Source of the DNA: Candidatus Woesearchaeota archaeon
GTDB lineage: Archaea > Nanobdellota > Nanobdellia > Woesearchaeales > UBA583
DNA length: 64,000 bases
Reading direction: 5' to 3'
NCBI GenBank assembly: GCA_047602745.1
Contig: JBLKOJ010000002.1
Coordinates: forward strand, 2,211-66,210
The position numbers and the translations under genes are program-made. How positions within the stretch are numbered: position 1 is the first letter of the stretch; each line of letters begins with the position of its first letter. Below are positions 39,083 to 49,108 of this stretch, in pieces. The notes under the pieces were generated by a model. That model had not been told where the DNA came from, searched no databases, and saw only the letters and a list, made by a program, of their open reading frames with translations.

Positions 39083-40597
39083 TTATTTTCTATTTGATAG
39101 CACATACCCTGTTGCCAGAAGGAGTATACCAACTACTAAAAACCCAATAATTCTAGCAAAGCCTTCTAAAATCCATAAATCGTTAAATAAAATTTTTCCA
39201 ACTGAAAAGGCTAAAAATAAATATGCAATTACTTTTAATGATTCAATTTGAAGTTTAATAAACTTAGATACAAAAAATATGGAAAGTAAGAGCCACATCA
39301 CTGTAAGACTAATACTTGGTATCTGTGAAGTGGCTTCAAAGAAGAAGAAGAGATATTTGTATGTACTATAAATAAAAAAGAACCCTGTAACTAAACTCAC
39401 TAAATAAAAATATGTTTGAATTTTCTCAGACAATGTTGCAAAATAATATGCTATAATTGAGAGTACTATAAAACCCATTAACATAATAGTTGCGTGAGAT
39501 AAACCTTGGTCAAACCTAATATAAAATATAAACATTATGGCAATTGGTAATAATAAGATATAAGAGACTAATTCTAAAAATTCTAATTCTTGATTTCTAA
39601 TCCAGATATAACTCAATCCAACCCATTGTATTAAAAATAAAAAGTAAAGTCCATCTGAACCTAATAATACTGAATCCATAAAATACACAATAGCACTAAT
39701 ATTGAAAAATAACAAAGACCCTCCTGCCGATATAATACCCAAAGTATTTAATTTCTCTTGCAAATACATACTCAAAGCAAACAAACCTAGCATTAATGTT
39801 ACAAAAAGGTAAACTACTGATTCAATTAAATCTGAAAAATCTAATTCTGATAATCTTGTAGGTATCGAGATTAATAAATATAATATCAGTAATCCCATTA
39901 AAACTACTAATTCAATACTAAAATTCTCTACCAAATCTTCAATTTGAGAAATACTATATATAAATACAAATAATAAAAATCCAAAAATTAATGAGAGTGA
40001 TAATGCAAGCATTGGTGTCATACTATCAAATAAAATAGCTAATGGGAAAAATAACAAAAATAAAGAGACTGATATCAGATAGTTCCAATTTTTAAGTATA
40101 GAAATAGTTGCAATTGTAAAAAATAAAATTAAAAAATAAAAATAGCTTAGTAATAAATGAGATAATAAAAATCCTCCTATTAAAGGTACAAATAATCCTC
40201 CAATACCTGCGTAAGATGTGATTATTAGTGAATTATATATATATGATAAATAGAAGAATAACACAATATATCCTAGCATCAAAATGGAGGCAACTAAACT
40301 CGAAAATAATTCATATTGATGATATGCAAAACTAATTGTTATTATTCCAATGAGTAAACCTCCTGCCATACTAAAAAGAGACCACGAAGGTTTTCTCCAA
40401 TATAAATACATTCCTGCTCCGATAAAGAGGAATGAAACTAATAATCCTATGATTATCCTTAACTCTTGAGAAATATAGTTGTTAATTACTCCATATGCAA
40501 ACGCTGAAATTGCTGAAATTATAATTGCAAAAATTCCAATTGCTGTTATAATATTTGCAACAACATTTGATTCATTGTGAACTTCGTTTGAACTCAT
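39083..40597 (-). CDS. Polytopic integral membrane protein (about 14 hydrophobic segments)
   Basis: 504 aa, almost entirely hydrophobic helices. No catalytic motif recognised. Confidence 0.6.
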   Translation of the reverse strand: MSSNEVHNESNVVANIITAIGIFAIIISAISAFAYGVINNYISQELRIIIGLLVSFLFIGAGMYLYWRKPSWSLFSMAGGLLIGIITISFAYHQYELFSSLVASILMLGYIVLFFYLSYIYNSLIITSYAGIGGLFVPLIGGFLLSHLLLSYFYFLILFFTIATISILKNWNYLISVSLFLLFFPLAILFDSMTPMLALSLSLIFGFLLFVFIYSISQIEDLVENFSIELVVLMGLLILYLLISIPTRLSELDFSDLIESVVYLFVTLMLGLFALSMYLQEKLNTLGIISAGGSLLFFNISAIVYFMDSVLLGSDGLYFLFLIQWVGLSYIWIRNQELEFLELVSYILLLPIAIMFIFYIRFDQGLSHATIMLMGFIVLSIIAYYFATLSEKIQTYFYLVSLVTGFFFIYSTYKYLFFFFEATSQIPSISLTVMWLLLSIFFVSKFIKLQIESLKVIAYLFLAFSVGKILFNDLWILEGFARIIGFLVVGILLLATGYVLSNRK

Positions 40598-40686
40598 ATT
40601 GTGATAATGATGAGTTTATTTTATAAATTTAATTTACAAAGGCAAGGAATGACATAACAAACTATTAATTTCACATATTTTAATAA

Positions 40687-41555
40687 TTATATTTCAACAA
40701 TAGAAAATTTACAATGCTTTCTTAATATTTCAATTAATTTTTTTCTATTTTCAAATGAGCAGATAATAATCATATTTACGTAATTTTCTTCAAATAAAAT
40801 ATGTATCTTAAACTTTGAATTTTCTAACTGTAATTCATTTTTAATATAATTCTCTGCAATTGTAAGCATTCCTCCAGTTCCACAAGCAGGATCATAAATT
40901 GAAATATCTTTAAAATTATTGATTCCAAATGAACTAATTCCAAGAACTCTAACCATAAGTTCAATTACTTCACGAGGTGTAAAATGCTCTCCTGCTGTTT
41001 CATTAGATTGTTCTGAAAACTTACGAATTAAATCTTCAAAAATATACCCCTTTTTCTCATTAGAAGTAATAAGAGGAGATAAAAATTCTAATTCAGGACT
41101 TGAAAATCGTTTAATAAGTCTTAGTAATAGCTTTTGTTTTTGTAATTCTTTTATTTTTCATAAAAACCAAAATTCACAAAAATATGTTTAATATTTTCAG
41201 TAAATCCATCTAAATAGGACATAAAATTTTCTAAAATATTTTTCTCATCATCTCCAACTAATGTTTCAAATGTATATAAAGAAGAATTATTAAAGTTAAT
41301 TTTATTTTGAATGATACTTGCTATAATTTGATGAGAATTAAATGATACATCATCAACTTTTTTAAGAGGATGATTCTCTTCAAGCTCATTTCTTACATCT
41401 TCTCTTGTCTTTTGTAATTTAATTTCTAATCTTCTTAAAACAATAAAAGGTAAAATAATATCTTGAAATTCATATTGTTTAAAACTTCCTCTTAAATCAT
41501 CTGCAATACTCCAAATAAAACTAACCTCCCTAGAAACATTCATATCTTGACTCAT
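40687..41555 (-). pseudogene. hsdM: Type I restriction-modification methyltransferase HsdM remnant (frameshifted and 3'-truncated)
   Basis: The N-terminal ORF (SFIWSIADDLRGSFKQYEFQDIILPFIVLRRLE) is an HsdM_N domain and stops at 41151. Another frame, open from 41157, reads KIKELQKQKLLLRLIKRF...AGEHFTPREVIELMVRVL...IYDPACGTGGML. The ORF then ends about 50 aa later with no NPPF/Y motif. No hsdS or hsdR is nearby. Confidence 0.75.
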
Positions 41556-41613
41556 ACTATAAAAAGTATAATAATCATTTAAATAGTTATCTCACTTGAA
41601 GAATAGAAAGTAA

Positions 41614-41958
41614 ATGGGTTCTAAAAATATTAATCGATATCTTTATATATCTTTAATTCATTGTGAAGTTTTGATACAAACTCTTTCTAATAAATCTCAA
41701 AATAAAAATTCTAAAGAATACCATAAAACCAAGCAGCTTAATGTTAAACTCTCAACTCATTTATATGAAGAAGCTCAAAATTATTCTAAATCTTTTGGAT
41801 ATACTAATATTCAAGAATTAATACGAGAAGCAATTAGAGAAAAAATATTTGATTCAAAAGTAAAAGAAGAATATATAGAAAAACTTCTCAATGATTCTAA
41901 TTTTAAAGATACAATTGGAGAAGATAATAGTTCTAAAGTTACAATATTTCCAAAATAG
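41614..41958 (+). CDS. Ribbon-helix-helix (CopG-like) domain protein
   Basis: QLNVKLSTHLYEEAQNYSKSFGYTNIQELIREAIREKIF fits the RHH beta-alpha-alpha pattern. A TTTAAATA element lies 28 nt upstream of the ATG. Confidence 0.45.
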   Translation: MGSKNINRYLYISLIHCEVLIQTLSNKSQNKNSKEYHKTKQLNVKLSTHLYEEAQNYSKSFGYTNIQELIREAIREKIFDSKVKEEYIEKLLNDSNFKDTIGEDNSSKVTIFPK

Positions 41959-42032
41959 TTCAAAAAATACTTAAAATAATAAAATACTAAAAAATATTCA
42001 AGTTTGTTGAAAACAAGCATAAAAGTGGAACT

Positions 42033-45000
42033 TTATTTTCTATTAAATGCAAACCAAGTGAAGAAATCCTCCTTCTCTGTGTCATCTTTAACATCTTGTT
42101 TTATGCTCTCACTTCTCTTTTGTGCAACTTCTCTTCCTTGAGAAATTGGTAAATTCCTCCAAGAATCTTTTAAATAATTAGCATCTCTTGTAATTGAGTT
42201 TCTTAATTTTTTAAAGAAAGGTTCAGTGAATTTTGAACTATATAATTTAGATAATCTCTTCTCCTCACTATCAATAAATTTAGTGATAATAGTTCTACAC
42301 TTCTTCATCTCCTCTTGATACTCTGATTTAGTTTGACTTGTATGATTAATTTCATGGAATCGCACCAATAATTCAATATATGACTTCTCATACACTTCTC
42401 TTGCATCAAGTTCAAATCTCACATATTCCTCAAAATCATCAACATCTAATTTAGAGTTTTCTAATACCTGAACTTTAGTCTCAAACTCTTTAAAGGTAAT
42501 ATATTTCTCTAACTCCTCTTTTAATTTTTCAACTTCTTGTGAAATATCCTCTCTTGCAACTTCAATTACTTCTTGTGTAATAGTATTTGTTGTAGTTTCA
42601 ACTTCTTTTTCAATGCTTTCAAACGATTCTTCAACTCTTTGCTCAAGTCTTACAATCTCATCTTTCATATTTGAAACATCTTCTAAGTCACTCACCTGAA
42701 TTCTTAAAGATTCAACTTCATTTTTTAAAGTATCAACTTGTGAATATAATTGAGCTATTTCTTCAACTTCTTTAATTTCTTCTCTAATCCCCTCTCTAAT
42801 TGTTTGAGTAATTTCAGTAGTTACTTCTCTTGTAACTTCCTTGGTAATCTCACTTGTTAATTCTTTACTAATCTCTTCTTTAATTTGAGTTGTGTCAATT
42901 TGTGTTGAACTTACTTCCTCTAGCTCTGAAGTTAATTCCTCTAAACTTGATTTTAATTCATCAATTCTCTCTTGTAATTCGTTTCTAGTTACAAATTCAG
43001 CAGTATCAATATCTTCAACTTCATTCTCATCAACTTTACGAGCATCTAGATCAGTTAATTTTTCTTCTAATTCACTAATTAAGTTTACTAACTCTTCAAC
43101 TTTATTCTCTAACTCAGTAATCTCAGCTGACTTAGGAACTTCTTGTGCTTGAGGAATTTCAATTGCTCGGACCTCTTCTTCAAGAGAAGTTACTTTTTCT
43201 TGTAATTCTTCAATTGTTTGGGTGTAATTCTCCTGAGTTTCTCTTACATCCTCTTTAATATTCTCCCTTACTTCTTGAGTAATTTCTTCTTTAAGTGAGT
43301 CAGTATCAATTTCATTTGAGTTTACTTCTTCAATTTGTGAAGTTAATTCCTGTAAATTTGCTTGTAACTCTTCAATTCTCTCTTGAACTTCTCTAACTGC
43401 TTCTTGAGTAATTGAAGTTACATCTGCTTCTTCAATTTTATTTTTATCAAGAATTGATAAATCTCTATCAAGAGTTTCAATCTCTTCATCATGTGTTTGA
43501 GTTAATTCTTGTAACTGAGCTAGTTCCTCTTCTAATTCACTAATTGAGTTTACTAACTCTTCAACTTTATTCTCTAACTCACTAATATCAACTGGCTCAG
43601 GAACTTCTTGTGGTTGAGGGATTTCAATTGCTCGTACTTCTTCTTCAAGAGAAGTTACTTTTTCTTGTAATTCTTCAATAAGTTTGGTATAATTCTCTTG
43701 AGCCTCTTGAACCTCTTCTTCAATTTGAGTCGTTACTTTAGATGTAATTTGAGTAGTTGTCTCTTCTAAATTTTCAAACATCTCTTTAATTTCTTCAAAT
43801 TTTTCATCAAATTCAACTCTTTGAGCTTTATCTGCATCAAGAAGAGAGATATTAGTATCAAACTCTTCTAGTTTTTCTTTAATTGTAGTAATCTCCTCTT
43901 CAAATAATTTTAAACTCTCTTGCACAGCAACAATTTCTTGAGCGGCATCTTCTGTTTCTTCTTCATTCTCTTTATCTTGAGTATTTGTTTTTTCCTCTAA
44001 TTCATCAACAGATGAAATTAATTTTTGAAGTAATTCTTCAACATTTACAATATTTTCTTTTACTTCTTCAATTTGATATTGACTCACTAACTCATCAGTA
44101 TCTAAATCTTCAACTTCACTACTATCCACTTTTCTCTCATCTAAATCTTCAATAGAGAGTTTAACAGTTTTTAATCCTTCTTCTAATGAATCAATCATAT
44201 TTGAAATTTCTTCAACTCTTGAAGTTTGAGCAAATACTTCTTCATTGATATGAGGAATTTCTAAATTACTAATCTCTTCTTTTAATGCTGTGAATTCTTC
44301 AAGAGGAGCAAATTTAGTATCAGCTTCTTCAATAAGTTTATCCATTTCTTCAAGTGAAGTTCTAAGTTGCTCAACTTCTTCTTCCACTTTTTGAACATTT
44401 TGAACTAATTCTTCAAACTCTTCTTTTGAAACTACATCTTCATCAGATTTGACATGTTCAATTTCATGAATTTTTGACACAATAGTCTCAATTCTCTCTT
44501 GAAGTTCTTGCGTATTCTCTTTAACATGCTCTACAATACTTGTCTCAACTACTGAACTTACTGGTTGTTCTTCTAATTCATTAATTCTAGTTACCAGTTC
44601 TTGAACTTCTTCTTGAATTTGTGAAACACTCTCATCTAATTCTTGAGTATCAACTTCAACAATATCTTCTTTGTTAGCTTTATTAATATCAAGAGTCAAT
44701 AAATCTCTATCTAATACTTCAATTTCCTCGTCATGTTTCTCAACAACTTCCCTTAAATCTTCAATTTGTATTCTTATCTCTTTAAGTTCATCAATCTTCT
44801 CCTTAATTTGCTCAACTTGCTCCTTAACTTCTTCTACTCCCTCAAGAACCTCGACATCTTTTTGAAGTTGCTCAACAATAGAATTAATAATAGTTATTTG
44901 AGCAACTAAATCTCTTAATTCTTTTCTATCTTCTTCTAAGTCCTCAACTTTTACAAACTCTAAAGCATCAAAGTCATCTTTTCTCACATACTCACTCATA

Positions 45001-47444
45001 TCAAGTATTTCTTTACTATTAGACGTTTGAGATACTTCAATTGATTTAACTTCCTCATCAAGAGTTAATAATTGTTCTCTAATCTCATTAATATCTCCTA
45101 CTGTCTCTTCAATTCGCTGTTTTACTTCAACAACAATCTCCTCAAACAAATTAGATACTTCAACTTCTTCAAGTTTATTTTTATCAATAATTGTCAAATC
45201 TCTATCAAGTACTTCAATCTCTTCATCGTGCTTTTCAACAACTCCTTCTAATTCAATTATTCTTATATCTATCTTACCCACTCTTGAATCAACATCCTCA
45301 ACTTTTTGAGTAAAACCCTCTTCTAATTTTTGAAGTGATTCTTCAACTGAAGATTGAAGAGCATATGGGCTTAAATCAATTTCCTGAACCTCTTTTTGCT
45401 CAATCTCTGAAATTTCAGGAATTTTTATTGCTCGTACTTCTTCTTCTAACACTTCAATTTGTTCTTGTAATGTTTTTTTAGCTGTAAGTAGATTTTCAAT
45501 TTTTTGACTAATCTCATCAACCAAACTCACATCGGCTTTTTGAGCATCTAAATTAGTAATATCTTTATCAATCACATCAACATCTGCATCTAATTGTTCA
45601 ACTCTTTGAAGTAATTCTTCAAGTTCACTTCTTAGAGCAACTTCATCTTTAAGTGCATAAATAGTAGTGTCAATTTCATCAGACAATTGAATATTTGAAA
45701 TCTCTTTTCTAATTTGTTCAATTTTTTCTTCAAAAGAAATCACTTCAACTCTACTCTCTTTTAACTCTTCAAGAGTCACTTTATCAGCTTTTTCTTCAAT
45801 TAATTCTTTAATTTGAGAATCCACAGACTCTAATTCTTCTTCTAATTTTTCTCTAGACTCTTCAATATCTTCTTTTACAGATGAAATTGTTTCTTGAAGT
45901 GTTTGAACTTCCTCCTCTAATGAATTTACTCTTAAATCTACAATTGAAGTTGCAGTATCTGTTGCTATTTCATTCATTTCGTTTATCAATTCAACTCTTA
46001 ACTCCTCTTTTAGTCCTTCTTTAGTCTCTTCTAATAAAGGAATTGTTACAAATTCACTAATTTCAATTTCTTCAATAGAGCCAATTCTCTCAAGTTCTTC
46101 TTCAACCTCTTCAACTCTTTGTTTTAAACTTTCAACATCTTCAACTGATGATTGAGGAATTTCTAAATTATCTAAATCTTCTCTAATTATAACTACATCA
46201 TCAGTTAATTCTTTCAAATTAGATTTTAAAATTTCAATATTTTCTTCAAGAAGAGAAATATCTACTGATTCAACTACTTCTTGTTGTTCGGGGATTTCAG
46301 GAATCTCAGGAATTTCAATATCATCAATTTGTGTTTGTAAATCTTGAATTTTTATTTTTAACTCTTCAACTTGTGGAATTAATTTCTCCTCCACTTCCTC
46401 TTCCAAGAAAGAATCTAAAATTTGAATTTTCTCTTGAGCATCTTCTGTTTGCAGTTGTACCGAGTCAATTCTTGAATTTAAAGAATTCTCTAACATTTGA
46501 GTTTTTTCTTCAAATTCAACAGTTGTTACATAACTTTGAGTATTTTGAGTTACTGGATTTTGTTGTAAAGATTTTACTGTATTAACCAATTCTTCTAATT
46601 TCTCCCCAACACCTGATAAATCTTCATCTTGAGCTTTTTGTTGAACATGCCCTTCTAATTCTTCTACTTTTTCTTGTAGAGTTTCTAAAATACCTAATAA
46701 TTTGTCTTGTGCCTCAAAATCTTGTGAATCTTTTAAAGCTGTTTTTAATAACTCAATTTGTTTTTCAAGAACTGTAAATTGAGGAGCAGTAAACTCTTCA
46801 ATATAATTTTTACTCTCTTTAAGATATGCAATAATCTCTTTGATTTTATAAGTATATTCATCAACTTGAACAAATTCAATTTTAAGTTCTTCTTTTAATT
46901 CATTTCGCAATTCTTCTTTTAAATCACTTTTAATTTGAGCAATTAATTCGTTTCTAATTTTCTCGACTGCTAATTTCTCTTTTACTAAAAATTCTTCTCT
47001 AATTGCATTATATTGGTCAAGAATTTCTCTTGCAACTTCTAATTTTTGTGCATCTAATTGCTCTTGTAAATTTGATACTTGAAGCAAAATTTCTTTTTTA
47101 TTGTCATAAATGTGGTTTTTTAACCATTTAATTGATATTTCATCTCCATCTAAATCTTTTTTTAAATTTTGAATTTCAAGTTCTAACTCTTCAACTTTTC
47201 TTTTAAATTTATGAACTTCAAAATTAGGATTTTTAGAATTTTTTTCAACTTGATTTAGTAATTGAAATAAGTTTGCATAATTTTGTTCTAATTTAGATAA
47301 AAAATCACCTAAATCATTAATATTTCTATTTTGAATTACTTGTTCTTGTTCAAGTGACTCTATATCTTTTTTTACCTTATCAAACGCCCTATGAGCCCTA
47401 TGCTCAATACTATCTACAAATTCTGGAGTTTTTAACGCTTTCAT
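42033..47444 (-). CDS. Giant (1803 aa) acidic coiled-coil protein with a non-repetitive C-terminal domain of about 170 aa
   Basis: Uninterrupted 5.4-kb ORF. Glu/Ile/Leu/Lys/Gln-rich heptad-like sequence throughout. Recurrent motif HDEEIE(V/T)LDRDL (3 copies). No Walker A, TM segment or signal peptide. The tail ends FFTWFAFNRK. Confidence 0.85.
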   Translation of the reverse strand: MKALKTPEFVDSIEHRAHRAFDKVKKDIESLEQEQVIQNRNINDLGDFLSKLEQNYANLFQLLNQVEKNSKNPNFEVHKFKRKVEELELEIQNLKKDLDGDEISIKWLKNHIYDNKKEILLQVSNLQEQLDAQKLEVAREILDQYNAIREEFLVKEKLAVEKIRNELIAQIKSDLKEELRNELKEELKIEFVQVDEYTYKIKEIIAYLKESKNYIEEFTAPQFTVLEKQIELLKTALKDSQDFEAQDKLLGILETLQEKVEELEGHVQQKAQDEDLSGVGEKLEELVNTVKSLQQNPVTQNTQSYVTTVEFEEKTQMLENSLNSRIDSVQLQTEDAQEKIQILDSFLEEEVEEKLIPQVEELKIKIQDLQTQIDDIEIPEIPEIPEQQEVVESVDISLLEENIEILKSNLKELTDDVVIIREDLDNLEIPQSSVEDVESLKQRVEEVEEELERIGSIEEIEISEFVTIPLLEETKEGLKEELRVELINEMNEIATDTATSIVDLRVNSLEEEVQTLQETISSVKEDIEESREKLEEELESVDSQIKELIEEKADKVTLEELKESRVEVISFEEKIEQIRKEISNIQLSDEIDTTIYALKDEVALRSELEELLQRVEQLDADVDVIDKDITNLDAQKADVSLVDEISQKIENLLTAKKTLQEQIEVLEEEVRAIKIPEISEIEQKEVQEIDLSPYALQSSVEESLQKLEEGFTQKVEDVDSRVGKIDIRIIELEGVVEKHDEEIEVLDRDLTIIDKNKLEEVEVSNLFEEIVVEVKQRIEETVGDINEIREQLLTLDEEVKSIEVSQTSNSKEILDMSEYVRKDDFDALEFVKVEDLEEDRKELRDLVAQITIINSIVEQLQKDVEVLEGVEEVKEQVEQIKEKIDELKEIRIQIEDLREVVEKHDEEIEVLDRDLLTLDINKANKEDIVEVDTQELDESVSQIQEEVQELVTRINELEEQPVSSVVETSIVEHVKENTQELQERIETIVSKIHEIEHVKSDEDVVSKEEFEELVQNVQKVEEEVEQLRTSLEEMDKLIEEADTKFAPLEEFTALKEEISNLEIPHINEEVFAQTSRVEEISNMIDSLEEGLKTVKLSIEDLDERKVDSSEVEDLDTDELVSQYQIEEVKENIVNVEELLQKLISSVDELEEKTNTQDKENEEETEDAAQEIVAVQESLKLFEEEITTIKEKLEEFDTNISLLDADKAQRVEFDEKFEEIKEMFENLEETTTQITSKVTTQIEEEVQEAQENYTKLIEELQEKVTSLEEEVRAIEIPQPQEVPEPVDISELENKVEELVNSISELEEELAQLQELTQTHDEEIETLDRDLSILDKNKIEEADVTSITQEAVREVQERIEELQANLQELTSQIEEVNSNEIDTDSLKEEITQEVRENIKEDVRETQENYTQTIEELQEKVTSLEEEVRAIEIPQAQEVPKSAEITELENKVEELVNLISELEEKLTDLDARKVDENEVEDIDTAEFVTRNELQERIDELKSSLEELTSELEEVSSTQIDTTQIKEEISKELTSEITKEVTREVTTEITQTIREGIREEIKEVEEIAQLYSQVDTLKNEVESLRIQVSDLEDVSNMKDEIVRLEQRVEESFESIEKEVETTTNTITQEVIEVAREDISQEVEKLKEELEKYITFKEFETKVQVLENSKLDVDDFEEYVRFELDAREVYEKSYIELLVRFHEINHTSQTKSEYQEEMKKCRTIITKFIDSEEKRLSKLYSSKFTEPFFKKLRNSITRDANYLKDSWRNLPISQGREVAQKRSESIKQDVKDDTEKEDFFTWFAFNRK
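43063..43236 (-). repeat. Internal repeat copy X within the giant coiled-coil gene
   Basis: By hand alignment 158 of 174 nt are identical to 43529-43702 (offset 466 nt). Encodes LQEKVTSLEEEVRAIEIPQAQEVP...ELENKVEELVNLISELEE. Confidence 0.8.
43529..43702 (-). repeat. Internal repeat copy Y within the giant coiled-coil gene
   Basis: Partner of 43063-43236. Encodes LQEKVTSLEEEVRAIEIPQPQEVP...ELENKVEELVNSISELEE. Confidence 0.8.
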
Positions 47445-47466
47445 TACAAATATCTAAGAGTTAATT

Positions 47467-47475
47467 ATTTATAAA
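47467..47475 (-). promoter_or_regulatory. TATA-box-like element TTTATAAAT, 22 nt upstream of the giant gene ATG (47444)
   Basis: Recurring motif and spacing. Confidence 0.45.
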
Positions 47476-47542
47476 GGTGTTGTTTTTATTACTTTAAAGT
47501 GACATAAAATTCAATACTAAAGTAACTCTCAAACTAACCATA

Positions 47543-47550
47543 TTTATAAG
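47543..47550 (+). promoter_or_regulatory. TATA-box-like element TTTATAAG, 21 nt upstream of the ATG at 47572
   Basis: The motif lies only 6 nt from the track start (47557), which favours the ATG at 47572. Confidence 0.4.
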
Positions 47551-47571
47551 TAAAGAATGATTAATATATAT

Positions 47572-48807
47572 ATGAAAATGCAAAAAGTACTTCCTTTTAA
47601 AGAAATATTTAAACAATACCCTAATTTAATTGAAAAACTTGAACAAAATGGATTTAAAACACCAACTCCTATTCAATACAAAGCTCTAGATTATGCTTTA
47701 AGTACGCAGGATTTACTTATTCAAGCACCAACTGGAAGTGGTAAAACTCTCATTTATGGAATTAAAATGATAATTGAAGAAGAAAATTCTAGTTCTAATA
47801 ATGATTTAATAAAACTTAAATACTTAATTTTAGCCCCAAATACTCTCTTAGTTGAGCAAATTCAAACAATGATTTCAAATATAATACCTCAAAATTCTCA
47901 ATTTTCTATTACAACTTTAAAAAAAAACGTTCAAAATTCCTCTTTTACAGCAGTAGCTAAAAACACAACTTGTCTAGTAACAACACCAAAAATACTCTGT
48001 GAACAATTGCAAACGTATAAAGAACAAACAGATCAAGAGTCTGATATAAATCTTCTTGAAAATATTGTAAGCCTTATTTTAGATGAAGCGGATATTTTAC
48101 TTACTAAAGAATATCTTGAAAATTTAGAAGATATTATCGACTCACTTCCTCAAAATAGACAAGATTTACTCTTCTCAGCAACGTATACTAGAGAAATGGG
48201 ACTTACTGCAAAAGAATATTTACATAATCCTAAAGTTATAGAACTTCCCTCATTAGTTCAAAAATCACAACTTTCCCAACTTATTTATATAGTTGAAAAT
48301 AATCAAAAACTCTCATTACTTCATCACACTCTTAAAAATTTACAATTTGGATTACTATTAATATTTGTTAATAGAAAAGAACATATTAGACAAGTTGAAG
48401 CAGTTGTTAAAGAATTAGGGTTTAACTTTAAATCTGTAAGTTCAACTACTAGTGAATTTGAAAGAAATAGAACTATTAAAGAGTTTAGAGAATTAAAGCT
48501 TGATATTTTAATTGCAACTGATTTACTCTCAAGAGGAGTTGACGTTCCTCAAATTTCACATATCATTAACTACTCGATTCCACAAGACCATACTAAATAT
48601 GTACACCGAATTGGAAGAGCAACAAGACACACGAATAAGGGAACTACTATTAATTTTATTTCAAAAGAGGATGTGGAAAAATTCAAACAAGTGTTACAAG
48701 AGTATAAAATTGAATACAAAATAAAGCAAACTCCACACCTAGAAAATCTTCCCAAATCTATTTTAAAAAGAATTGAGAGTAAAATTCAGCATAAGAAGAA
48801 AAAATAA
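47572..48807 (+). CDS. DEAD-box ATP-dependent RNA helicase
   Basis: Q-motif region (FKTPTPIQ), APTGSGKT, LDEAD, SAT, and HRIGRATR. Confidence 0.9.
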   Translation: MKMQKVLPFKEIFKQYPNLIEKLEQNGFKTPTPIQYKALDYALSTQDLLIQAPTGSGKTLIYGIKMIIEEENSSSNNDLIKLKYLILAPNTLLVEQIQTMISNIIPQNSQFSITTLKKNVQNSSFTAVAKNTTCLVTTPKILCEQLQTYKEQTDQESDINLLENIVSLILDEADILLTKEYLENLEDIIDSLPQNRQDLLFSATYTREMGLTAKEYLHNPKVIELPSLVQKSQLSQLIYIVENNQKLSLLHHTLKNLQFGLLLIFVNRKEHIRQVEAVVKELGFNFKSVSSTTSEFERNRTIKEFRELKLDILIATDLLSRGVDVPQISHIINYSIPQDHTKYVHRIGRATRHTNKGTTINFISKEDVEKFKQVLQEYKIEYKIKQTPHLENLPKSILKRIESKIQHKKKK

Positions 48808-48867
48808 TTTTCAAATCAAAATTTTAATCATAAGTATTTTTTCTAAGTCCTATTTTAATTATAGAAA

Positions 48868-49106
48868 TTAATAATTCATGATTATTAATTGAATAAATAT
48901 TATTCTATAACTCCCCACTCTAATTCTAAACTTATCTTTCTCACCTTAAAGTTTCTTAAAAGGTAATTATGTATAATCTTCTTGAAGTTTTTTAATATTA
49001 TTTAAAATTCTAATTCTATTTGAAGAATCTAATTTTTTTAAAAATTGAAGTGATTGTTTGGAAAATTTAATTGAAGTGATTGTTTAGAAAATTTAAGAGT
49101 GTATAT
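48868..49106 (-). pseudogene. RelE/ParE-family toxin remnant (start lost, 26-bp duplication frameshift, two in-frame stops)
   Basis: Hand translation: ATA-YTLKFSKQSLQ, then the duplicated 26 bp. With one copy removed the frame continues FLKKLDSSNRIRILNNIKKLQEDYT-stop-LPFKKL-stop-GEKDKFRIRVGSYRIIFIQ. This matches the KkL.G....yRiRvGdYRiiY signature. Confidence 0.55.
49045..49096. repeat. Perfectly adjacent tandem duplication, 2 x 26 bp (ttgaagtgattgttt[g/a]gaaaatttaa)
   Basis: Copy 1 is 49045-49070 and copy 2 is 49071-49096, with 1 mismatch. It lies inside the relE-like remnant and shifts its frame by 2. Confidence 0.9.
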
Positions 49107-49108
49107 TT

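Noticed and set aside
42033-47444. The giant coiled-coil protein as an SMC, Rad50 or Zorya-like defence ATPase or motor.
   Set aside because: There is no N-terminal Walker A (G..G.GKS), no C-terminal signature or Walker B motif, no hinge, and no MotA-like TM domain. Only coiled coil and an unknown tail are present.
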